NCBI GenBank assembly: GCA_041650995.1
Contig: JBAZJZ010000002.1
Coordinates: 77,344 to 141,343 of the forward strand
Direction: 5' to 3'
DNA length: 64,000 nucleotides
Source of the DNA: Patescibacteria group bacterium
GTDB lineage: Bacteria > Patescibacteriota > Patescibacteriia > XYB2-FULL-38-15
Part shown: piece by piece, positions 56,326 to 64,000 of the stretch
Layout of the letters: each line of letters starts with the position of its first letter
How positions within the stretch are numbered: position 1 is the stretch's first letter
The notes under the pieces: model-generated
Seen by the model: the letters and a program-made list of their open reading frames with translations, nothing else
What the model was told of the DNA's origin: nothing
Database searches by the model: none
Program-made: the position numbers and the translations under genes

Positions 56326-58329
56326 ATGAACATAACTGAACTCGCGAGAAAACTTCAGATTACGACACAAGAATTGAAAGACGTCCTGCCGACGTTCGGT
56401 TTTGATATTGGTCAAAGAGCAATTAAAGTTGATGATCGGCTGGCGCACAAAATTATTGAAAGTTGGCCGTCTCTTAAGAAGGAAATGGAAAAAAGAAAGG
56501 CGGCCGAATTAGCAAAACTCACTCCAGAGGAAGATGGAGTTGTGGCGACGGCAGAAAAACAAAAAGTAAAATTAGCCCAGGTAATTACTGTCCGTGATTT
56601 TGCTCAAAGATTAAATTTGCCGGTAACGAGTGTTATCAAAGAATTAATGAAAAATGGAATTTTGGCATCGCTAAATGAAAGGATTGATTATGAAACAGCG
56701 GCTATTGTTGCTGAAGATATGGGTTTTGAAGTGGAAAAGATTGAAGAGGAAATTGATGCAGAAAATTTTGTCGGGGATAAAGTTAAAGAATTAATGGGAC
56801 AAGACGAAAAATCAACCCTAAGGCCGCGACCGCCGGTTGTAGTTGTCATGGGCCACGTTGACCACGGCAAAACAAAACTTTTGGATGCTATTAGAAAAAC
56901 TCATGTTATGGAATCGGAAGCGGGCGGCATCACTCAGCATATTGGTGCTTATCAGGCGACATATAAAGATAGAATTTTAACTTTTATTGATACGCCGGGT
57001 CACGAAGCTTTTACGGCAATGCGTAGCCGCGGCGCGAAAATCGCCGACATCGCGATTTTGGTTGTGGCCGCAGACGACGGCGTTCAGCCGCAGACAAAAG
57101 AAGCGATTAAAATTATTGAAGCGGCAAAAATTCCGTTTTTAGTGGCGATAAATAAAATTGATAAGCCGGAAGCCAACATAGAAAAAATAAAACAGGAGTT
57201 GGCGGCCTTGAATTTAATTCCGGAAGATTGGGGCGGAAAAACAATCTGCGTGCCGATTTCCGCGAAGCAGATGACAGGTATCGACGAACTTTTGGATATG
57301 ATTCTTTTGATTGCCGATATGGAAAAAGAAAAAATTGTCGCCAATCCAACGCGTTGTGCTTTGGGGACAGTGATTGAAGCGCATATAGACAAAGGCGAAG
57401 GGCCGGTCGCGACAGTTCTTGTTCAGGCCGGAACATTGGGACGCAATGAAAATTTGACAATTGATAATGTTTTGTATGGTAGAGTCAGAGCTATGAAAAA
57501 TTTTCGCGGTGAATTTGTTAACGAAGCAAGCCCGGGTACCCCGGTAAAAATTTTAGGTCTGAAAGCCGCGCCGCAAGTCGGGGATATTTTGGAGGTAAAA
57601 GGTGACCTGAGGGAATGCACCAGAAAAATTAAGACAACTTATGCCGATCGAGAGCAGATAACCGTAAAGAAAACTGGCGGGGAAGAAGAGAGTAAAAAGA
57701 AAAAATTAAAAATTATTTTGAAGACAGACGTGCTTGGATCGCTTGAAGCGCTCTTGGCTTCTTTTGAAAAACTGGAGTATCCAACTGTTGCGCTGGAAAT
57801 TGTCGCCCAAGGTCTTGGAAACATTACCGAAGCGGAAGTTTTGGAAGCCGAAGCGGTTGGCGCCAAAGTTTTTGGATTTAATGTTTTGACCGGGCCGAAC
57901 GTGGATGATCTGGCGCGTGACAAAGGCGTTGAAGTAAAAATTTTTAAAATTATCTATGATTTGATTGATGAGGTTAAAATTGGCCTTGAAGGGCTGCTTG
58001 AAATGGAAACAATAAGGACGGATTTGGGAAAAATAGAAGTACTTGCTATATTTCGGACAGAAGCTGCAAGCATGATTGTCGGCGGAAAAGTTAAGGAGGG
58101 TAAAATTGTTTTTAATCCTAAGATTGGTCAGACAAAAATCAAGGTTTGGCGAAAGGGAGAAGAAGTGGGCGAGGGATTTTTGTCCGGACTTCAGTCAGCC
58201 AAGTCAGAAGTTAAAGAAGTGGCCGGTGGTCAGGAGTGCGGCGTCAAATACAAAGGTAAACCGATTATTCAGAGCGGTGACATATTGGAAATTTACCGTG
58301 AAGAAAAAAGAGCGAGGAAATTAGAGTAA
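56326..58329 (+). CDS. infB: Translation initiation factor IF-2
   Basis: MGHVDHGKT, DTPGHEAF, NKID. Confidence 0.98.
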   Translation: MNITELARKLQITTQELKDVLPTFGFDIGQRAIKVDDRLAHKIIESWPSLKKEMEKRKAAELAKLTPEEDGVVATAEKQKVKLAQVITVRDFAQRLNLPVTSVIKELMKNGILASLNERIDYETAAIVAEDMGFEVEKIEEEIDAENFVGDKVKELMGQDEKSTLRPRPPVVVVMGHVDHGKTKLLDAIRKTHVMESEAGGITQHIGAYQATYKDRILTFIDTPGHEAFTAMRSRGAKIADIAILVVAADDGVQPQTKEAIKIIEAAKIPFLVAINKIDKPEANIEKIKQELAALNLIPEDWGGKTICVPISAKQMTGIDELLDMILLIADMEKEKIVANPTRCALGTVIEAHIDKGEGPVATVLVQAGTLGRNENLTIDNVLYGRVRAMKNFRGEFVNEASPGTPVKILGLKAAPQVGDILEVKGDLRECTRKIKTTYADREQITVKKTGGEEESKKKKLKIILKTDVLGSLEALLASFEKLEYPTVALEIVAQGLGNITEAEVLEAEAVGAKVFGFNVLTGPNVDDLARDKGVEVKIFKIIYDLIDEVKIGLEGLLEMETIRTDLGKIEVLAIFRTEAASMIVGGKVKEGKIVFNPKIGQTKIKVWRKGEEVGEGFLSGLQSAKSEVKEVAGGQECGVKYKGKPIIQSGDILEIYREEKRARKLE

Positions 58330-58363
58330 TTTCAAAATAATAAAATAATAAATAGCAAGACGT

Positions 58364-58431
58364 CAATTATCATTTACCAGTTACAAATTACTTTTTGTAA
58401 TTAGTAACTAGCAACTAGGAATTGGTAATTG
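58364..58431. repeat. Mirror-image heptamer array (TTACnnn / nnnGTAA)
   Basis: Degenerate 7-nt units followed by their inverted copies; same family at 59697. Confidence 0.65.
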
Positions 58432-58449
58432 TTTGTTTTGTTTAAATTT

Positions 58450-58776
58450 ATGCCAGAGATTATTTTAAATGATCAAAATTTTGAGAATGAAGTTTTAAAA
58501 TCCGACGTGCCGGTGCTTGTGGATTTTTGGGCGCCATGGTGCGGACCGTGCAAAATGATGGGGTCGATTGTTGAGGAGGTCGCCAAAAAATTTGAAGGCA
58601 AGGCAATAAAGATCGCCAAATTAGACGTTGATGAAGCGGCATCTACTGCGGAAAAGTATAATGTGATGAGTGTCCCAACTTTTAAAATTTTTAAAGGAGG
58701 AGAAATTGTTGACGAATTTGTCGGAGCGCAGAGCGAAGAAGAAATTATAAAAAAATTAGAAAAAATTATTGGTTAA
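58450..58776 (+). CDS. trxA: Thioredoxin
   Basis: VDFWAPWCGPCK. Confidence 0.97.
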   Translation: MPEIILNDQNFENEVLKSDVPVLVDFWAPWCGPCKMMGSIVEEVAKKFEGKAIKIAKLDVDEAASTAEKYNVMSVPTFKIFKGGEIVDEFVGAQSEEEIIKKLEKIIG

Positions 58777-58780
58777 ATTT

Positions 58781-59692
58781 ATGTACGATTTAATTATTGT
58801 CGGCGGCGGACCGGCTGGTTTCACCGCGGCGATTTATGCGGCTCGGCGCGCGATGAAAACTCTAATATTGGCCAAAGAGTTCGGCGGGCAGGCGGTTTAT
58901 GCCTCCAAGGTAGAAAATTTTCCCGGGTTTGATTTGATTCCAGGTTATGAATTAATGGAAAAAATGAAAGCGCAGGCCGAGAGGTTGGGCGCGGAAATAA
59001 AAAATGTCGAAGCAATGGAAATAAAAAAAGAAGGTGAAGTTTTTTTTGCGCGCGATAAAGACGGCGGTTCGTATAAGAGCCGGACGATCGTTCTATCTTT
59101 TGGTGCCGTACCAAGAAAATTGGGTCTGCCAAATGAAGATAAATTCAAGGGTAACGGGATTTCTTATTGTGCGACCTGCGACGCGCCGTTTTATAAAAAT
59201 AAAAATGTGGCTGTGGTTGGCGGAGGAAATGCGGCGTTGGACGCGGCGCTTCTTTTGGCAAAATTTGCTAAACAGGTTTATTTGATTCATCGGCGTGATG
59301 AATTTAAGGCGGAAGAAGTCCGGGTGAATGACGCAAGGAAATTACAAAACGTGGAAATAATCTCAAATTCAGAAGTTAAAGAAATAAAAGGAGAAAAAAA
59401 TATTGAAGGGGTTATGGTTCAAAGAAATGATACTGGCGAGACGCGCGATTTGGAAGTTAATGGTATTTTTGTGGAAATTGGCCATATTGTGGAATCGGAT
59501 TTTGTAAGTAAGATGGTGGCGCTCGATGAGCGAAAACAGATTGTAGTAAATGATAAAAATGAAACAAACGTCCCGGGAGTTTTTGCCGCCGGAGACGCGA
59601 CAATAGTCCCGTGGAAACAAATAGTGATCGCTGCCGGAGAAGGGGCGAAAGCGGCATTGACAGCCTACTCTTATTTACAAAAAATAAAATAA
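58781..59692 (+). CDS. trxB: Thioredoxin reductase
   Basis: GGGPAG, CATCD, GGGNAA, FAAGD. Confidence 0.95.
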   Translation: MYDLIIVGGGPAGFTAAIYAARRAMKTLILAKEFGGQAVYASKVENFPGFDLIPGYELMEKMKAQAERLGAEIKNVEAMEIKKEGEVFFARDKDGGSYKSRTIVLSFGAVPRKLGLPNEDKFKGNGISYCATCDAPFYKNKNVAVVGGGNAALDAALLLAKFAKQVYLIHRRDEFKAEEVRVNDARKLQNVEIISNSEVKEIKGEKNIEGVMVQRNDTGETRDLEVNGIFVEIGHIVESDFVSKMVALDERKQIVVNDKNETNVPGVFAAGDATIVPWKQIVIAAGEGAKAALTAYSYLQKIK

Positions 59693-59696
59693 TTTT

Positions 59697-59761
59697 AATT
59701 ACCGATTACCGGTTACTGATTACTTACTTTTGGGTAATTAGTAAATAGTAATTAAGTAATT
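59697..59761. repeat. Mirror-image heptamer array
   Basis: ttaccga ttaccgg ttactga ttac.. then gtaatta gtaaata gtaatta. Confidence 0.65.
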
Positions 59762-59776
59762 GTTGCTTAAATTATT

Positions 59777-61045
59777 ATGAGCCCATTGCAGAATGCATTA
59801 ACTCAACTAAAAAAAGCGGCTGAACTTGTAGAACTCGACGCCGCTGTTTTAGAAATTTTGAAAAAGCCAAAAAGAATTTTACAATTTTCCGTCTCTGTAA
59901 AAATGGATAACGGCGAAACAAAAATTTTTGACGGATATCGTGTCCAGTGGAACGACGCTCGCGGACCGTTCAAGGGCGGAATTCGTTTTCATCCCAAAAC
60001 AGATTTAAATGAAGTGGAAGCCTTATCTTTTTGGATGACCATAAAATGCGCGGCAGTCGGAATTCCTTACGGCGGCGGTAAGGGCGGTGTGACGGTTGAT
60101 CCAAAAAAATTGAGTAAAACGGAACTTGAAAGATTAGCGCGCGGTTATACGCAGGCCTTGAAAGATTATATTGGTCCGGAAAAAGATATTCCCGCGCCGG
60201 ACGTTTATACCACCCCGCAGATTATGGGTTGGATTATGGATGAGTTTTCAAAAATCAAAGGATACAACGTTCCGGGGGTAGTAACGGGAAAACCTTTGGA
60301 AATCGGCGGTTCGGCTGGACGCGGCACGGCTACGGCCCAAGGCGGATTTTATATTTTGGAAGAAGTGGCAAAAAAGTTAAAAATTGATCCGAAGAAAACA
60401 AGAATTATTATTCAGGGATTTGGCAATGCCGGAGCGAATATGGCAGATTTGTGTTTTCACGCTGGTTATAAAATTATTGGCATTTCTGATTCGCAAACGG
60501 CGGTGGTTGATAAAACCGGTAAGGGAATTGATTCACATACCATTGCCAAGATGAAAGAAAAAAAGGGAGTGGTAGATGTTTGCGATTGCAAAGAAATAAA
60601 ATGCGCCTGTAAAGATCATCTTCACACAACCAATGAAAAATTTTTGGAAACCGATTGTGATATTTTAATTTTAGCGGCGCTTGAAAATCAAATTACCAGG
60701 AAAAATGTCGGTCGCGTCAAGGCAAAAATTATATTAGAACTTGCGAACGGCCCGACCGCTCCGGAAGCCGATGAAAAATTATTTAAGAAAAATGTTTTGG
60801 TCGTACCCGACGTTTTGACCAATGCCGGAGGGGTAACAGTTTCCTATTTTGAATGGGTACAAAATTTAGCCAATTATTATTGGTCGGAAAAAGAAGTTTT
60901 TGAAAAATTAAAAAAAATAATGGTAGAAAATTTTGAAGCAGCATGGAAAATAAGAGAGCAGAATAAAACTGATTTCCGAACCGCGGTTTTCGCGCTGGCG
61001 CTCGGGCGATTGGAAAAAGCGATTAAGGCTAGAGGGTGGGCATAA
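59777..61045 (+). CDS. gdhA: Glu/Leu/Phe/Val dehydrogenase (glutamate dehydrogenase)
   Basis: GP.KGGIRFHP, GGGKGG, IPAPD, VTGKP, N.GGV.VSYFEW. Confidence 0.93.
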   Translation: MSPLQNALTQLKKAAELVELDAAVLEILKKPKRILQFSVSVKMDNGETKIFDGYRVQWNDARGPFKGGIRFHPKTDLNEVEALSFWMTIKCAAVGIPYGGGKGGVTVDPKKLSKTELERLARGYTQALKDYIGPEKDIPAPDVYTTPQIMGWIMDEFSKIKGYNVPGVVTGKPLEIGGSAGRGTATAQGGFYILEEVAKKLKIDPKKTRIIIQGFGNAGANMADLCFHAGYKIIGISDSQTAVVDKTGKGIDSHTIAKMKEKKGVVDVCDCKEIKCACKDHLHTTNEKFLETDCDILILAALENQITRKNVGRVKAKIILELANGPTAPEADEKLFKKNVLVVPDVLTNAGGVTVSYFEWVQNLANYYWSEKEVFEKLKKIMVENFEAAWKIREQNKTDFRTAVFALALGRLEKAIKARGWA

Positions 61046-61048
61046 GGT

Positions 61049-61097
<49 letters not shown>

Positions 61098-61181
61098 AAA
61101 AAAGAGTAAAGAGTCCGCCGAAGAGGCGGATTTTTTGACTTTTAAAAATAAAAAAAGTAAAGTGAGGCAAAGGAGGAAAGA

Positions 61182-61610
61182 GTGGAAAGCAAAAGAAGCC
61201 GGGGGAAAAGAAAGAAACTAGCGATTGACTTTGCCGCCCTGAAGAATGGGAGGAGCGAAGAATTGGGCGTTAGGGAAACGGCGGGCGAGGGAGGATACAG
61301 CGCGCTTCGTTCGGAACGGCCAGCCGAGACCTACAAGGCGGATAGGCGCTGCAAATGCTGCAACTGCTTTCTCGCAAGGACCAATCCGGATAACATTTGC
61401 CATCCTTGTGACAGAGCAATCCAGGAATGGAAAAACTTTCCCTGGTGGCGGGCTGAACTGGAACAAGTGATGGAGGTGCACTGTTTGGGGTTTGTTCACG
61501 AGCGTTTTGTCAAGAAGGGCAAGGCTCGAAGCGCGACAGGAGGCGGAGAGAAATCAAGCGGCAGCTGGGCGAGAGCAGCTGGACGCAAAACGATCGAGAA
61601 GAAGGAGTGA
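61182..61610 (+). CDS. Hypothetical protein with a putative zinc finger (GC-rich islet)
   Basis: R.C..C...L...N....C..C; SD AAGGAGG; TTGACT-17-TAAAGT promoter. Confidence 0.6.
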   Translation: MESKRSRGKRKKLAIDFAALKNGRSEELGVRETAGEGGYSALRSERPAETYKADRRCKCCNCFLARTNPDNICHPCDRAIQEWKNFPWWRAELEQVMEVHCLGFVHERFVKKGKARSATGGGEKSSGSWARAAGRKTIEKKE

Positions 61611-61747
61611 AAATAAGGGCTTGGTTTTACCAGCCCTTTTATTTTTTAAATTAATCCTTGACATTTTGAGAAAATATGTTTAAATTAAATGTTCCGCGAA
61701 GAGTAAGAAACTTAGCCTATTCGCGGGCCATCGAAAGGGAGGATAAG

Positions 61748-62737
61748 ATGAGCGCGCAAAAGTCGTGGTTGAATCTTGAGGCAGGGGAGGCGGTTCTCCT
61801 TTGCAGAGTAGAGGAGCGGTGGGATTCGGTCGTGGCGAAAGTTCAATTCGGCCTCGAACCGCTTTGCCCCGCCCTGCAGAGATTCCTCCTCTTTCTCGGC
61901 CACCTTCTGGAGGTTGCCGGAGAGACGAGTGAGATCGATCTGATCATTGCGACGGTCGGTCGGACCAAACTGCCTGACGGGAAGGGGCTCAGTGAGCTTG
62001 AGGCCCAGAGCCTCAGGATGATCGAGGAGAAATGGAACAACACGGCAAGGGAAATTAGGGCGGGCACTCTTTCCTTGTCGTTGGGCTTCCGCGAATTCAT
62101 GATGCTCGTCGGCAGGTATCTTCTCAGTCGGGCCGAGTCAAGGCCGCTGGGCGGCAGATCTTGCGCCGAGAAGCAGCAGCTTACGATGCAGGATTTTTAC
62201 CAGTCTCGCGGGTTCGGCCGCGTCGAAATTCCTCTGGTTTCCTGCGCTGACGAGCAGATGAACTTGTGGTTTTCCGCCGGAAAGAACCTCATTTTCGAGC
62301 CCTCGGAGCGGGATGTGCCGATTGAGCGGCTCATGCTGCAGCTTCCGCACGTGATCAAGCTGGACGATCCGAGTTTGGTCCTCTGGGAGCCGGTTCGGGA
62401 GGGACGATGGCTTCTGGTTGACGCGGAAGAGCGATGCCCAAGGATCGGGGAGAGATCCTTCGAAGGATTCAGGTTGTCTCTCGAGCCGGGTCGGCGGATC
62501 CTCACCTTGCCGCAGTACGCCATCACTTGGCATCTCGGCGGTGCCGGCGGAGAAATTCTGGATCTTGAGACAGACACGATGCTTTCTACGCGCTACGGCG
62601 CGGACAGCATTGTGCATGCGTTCGGCAACTTTGCCGAACGAGATCTCTCTTTCTCGATTGGCGAGTGGAGACGCCTCACTACGCCGCATCCGAGAATGGG
62701 GATTCGCACGGCGCGCATCATTGAGGCCTTCAGATGA
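61748..62737 (+). CDS. Hypothetical protein (GC-rich islet)
   Basis: SD GGGAGG; TTGACA-17-TAAATT promoter near 61659; terminator 62751-62791. Confidence 0.7.
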   Translation: MSAQKSWLNLEAGEAVLLCRVEERWDSVVAKVQFGLEPLCPALQRFLLFLGHLLEVAGETSEIDLIIATVGRTKLPDGKGLSELEAQSLRMIEEKWNNTAREIRAGTLSLSLGFREFMMLVGRYLLSRAESRPLGGRSCAEKQQLTMQDFYQSRGFGRVEIPLVSCADEQMNLWFSAGKNLIFEPSERDVPIERLMLQLPHVIKLDDPSLVLWEPVREGRWLLVDAEERCPRIGERSFEGFRLSLEPGRRILTLPQYAITWHLGGAGGEILDLETDTMLSTRYGADSIVHAFGNFAERDLSFSIGEWRRLTTPHPRMGIRTARIIEAFR

Positions 62738-62832
62738 GGGGAGATAGTATTCCGCGTTTGGAACCGCAAGGTTTCGGACGCGGATTTTTTTATCTTTCAA
62801 ATTAAACATTCTTGTGTTAAGATATTAATAAT

Positions 62833-62910
62833 ATGGAATACAATTTTAAGAAAATTGACCCCATACAAAGTTTAAGTAAATTGATATTTTCGGCAGAGCA
62901 ATCATCTTAA
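62833..62910 (+). pseudogene. Duplicated leuS 5' end (truncated)
   Basis: MEYNFKKID.. versus Leu[10 protein letters not shown].. Confidence 0.6.
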
Positions 62911-62957
62911 ATACCAAGAGGTGTGTAAAATAAAAATAGCCTTTACTTTGCACGGGG
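62859..62957. mobile_element. MITE-like element with imperfect terminal inverted repeats
   Basis: CCCCATACAAAGT ... ACTTTGCACGGGG (11/13 match). Confidence 0.5.
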
Positions 62958-62970
62958 CAGGTAGAAAATT

Positions 62971-64000
62971 ATGGAGTATGACTTTAAAAAAATAGAAAAG
63001 AAGTGGCAGAAAAAGTGGGAAAAGGAAAAGATTTATGAAGTTAAAGAAAATCCCCAAAAGGACAAGTTTTATTGTCTGATTGAATTTCCCTATCCGTCGG
63101 GAGAAGGGCTGCACGTCGGCCATCCGCGAAGTTATACCGCGCTGGATATTGTCGCCCGGAAAAATCGGATGCAGGGAAAAAATGTTTTGTACCCGATCGG
63201 CTGGGATGCCTTTGGTTTGCCCACAGAAAATTACGCCATAAAAACCGGCATTCAGCCGGCGGTGGCTACAGAAAAAAATATTAAAAATTTTACGCGTCAG
63301 TTGAAGTCGCTCGGATTTTCTTTTGATTGGTCGCGGGAAATTAATACGAGTGATCCAAAATATTATAAATGGACGCAATGGATGTTTTTGCAATTTTTTA
63401 AACACGGCTTGGCCTACAAAGATAAAATTGCCATCAATTGGTGCACAAAATGTAAAATCGGTCTGGCGAATGAAGAAGTGGTAAATGGCGTTTGCGAACG
63501 CTGCGGCGGGACGGTCGTAAAAAAGATGAAAGAGCAGTGGATGATAAAAATTACCAAATACGCCGAGCGGTTGCTTCAAGGTTTAGAAAAAGTTGATTAC
63601 TCGCCGCGGATAAAAGAAGGACAGATTAATTGGATTGGAAAATCAGAAGGCGCGACGGTGCGCTTTAATGTCATTCCCGCGGAAGCGGGAATCCAGAAAA
63701 CTGGATCCCCGATCAGGTCGGGGATGACAGTTTTAGAGGTATTTACCACTCGTCCCGACACATTGTTCGGCGCGACGTATATGGTTTTGGCGCCGGAGCA
63801 TGAAATGGTTGGAAAATTAAAATTACAAATTACAAATTGGAATGAAGTTGAAAAATATATTGGCGAAGCAAAAAGAAAATCTGACTTGGAACGAACCGAA
63901 TTACAAAAAGAAAAAACCGGAGTGGAGTTGAAGGGGATTAAGGCAATTAATCCGGCAAACAATGAAGAGATTCCAATTTGGGTGGCAGATTATGTTTTGA
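62971..64000 (+). CDS. leuS: Leucyl-tRNA synthetase (5' part; runs off window)
   Basis: [40 protein letters not shown]. Confidence 0.97.
   Translation, partial: MEYDFKKIEKKWQKKWEKEKIYEVKENPQKDKFYCLIEFPYPSGEGLHVGHPRSYTALDIVARKNRMQGKNVLYPIGWDAFGLPTENYAIKTGIQPAVATEKNIKNFTRQLKSLGFSFDWSREINTSDPKYYKWTQWMFLQFFKHGLAYKDKIAINWCTKCKIGLANEEVVNGVCERCGGTVVKKMKEQWMIKITKYAERLLQGLEKVDYSPRIKEGQINWIGKSEGATVRFNVIPAEAGIQKTGSPIRSGMTVLEVFTTRPDTLFGATYMVLAPEHEMVGKLKLQITNWNEVEKYIGEAKRKSDLERTELQKEKTGVELKGIKAINPANNEEIPIWVADYVL
63670..63728. repeat. Palindromic element (dRS3/RPE-like) inserted in frame in leuS
   Basis: GTCATTCCC-N8-GGGAATCCAG..CTGGATCCCCG..CGGGGATGAC encoding [20 protein letters not shown]. Confidence 0.85.

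Noticed and set aside
62902-63962. Minus-strand ORFs at the window end
   Set aside because: Shadows of leuS, which the ORF track missed because it has no stop inside the window

Overview
Chromosomal window from a reduced-genome bacterium, most likely CPR/Patescibacteria (Parcubacteria/ABY1-like). This is an inference from the gene content, the AT-rich starts lacking Shine-Dalgarno (SD) sequences and the compact intergenic layout. The genetic code is standard (TGA is stop). The AT-rich backbone carries uvrB (partial), xer recombinase, rpsO, pnp, lspA, comM, hppA, tsaD/tsaE, a PilB/GspE ATPase, ftsH, an ECF-sigma/MacAB-like operon, rpsA, gyrA, rpmF, nusB, rnc, HU, ymdB, rny, infB, trxA/trxB, gdh, leuS (partial) and five tRNAs. 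Features not explained by that backbone: (1) about ten GC-rich gene islets, nearly all with their own sigma70-like promoter, a strong SD and a terminator, unlike the mostly SD-less core genes; they include an orphan purF, a DGR-target-like gene and a zinc-ribbon gene that needs a -1 shift at a canonical slippery heptamer; (2) three stand-alone structured ncRNA candidates plus a 6S-like RNA before rny; (3) several families of small palindromic and heptamer repeats, some inserted in frame in conserved genes (leuS, tsaD, tsaE, comM); (4) an unannotated 38-aa basic ORF. No CRISPR array, rRNA, transposase or reverse transcriptase was seen. All family calls are from motif recognition; no database search was run.
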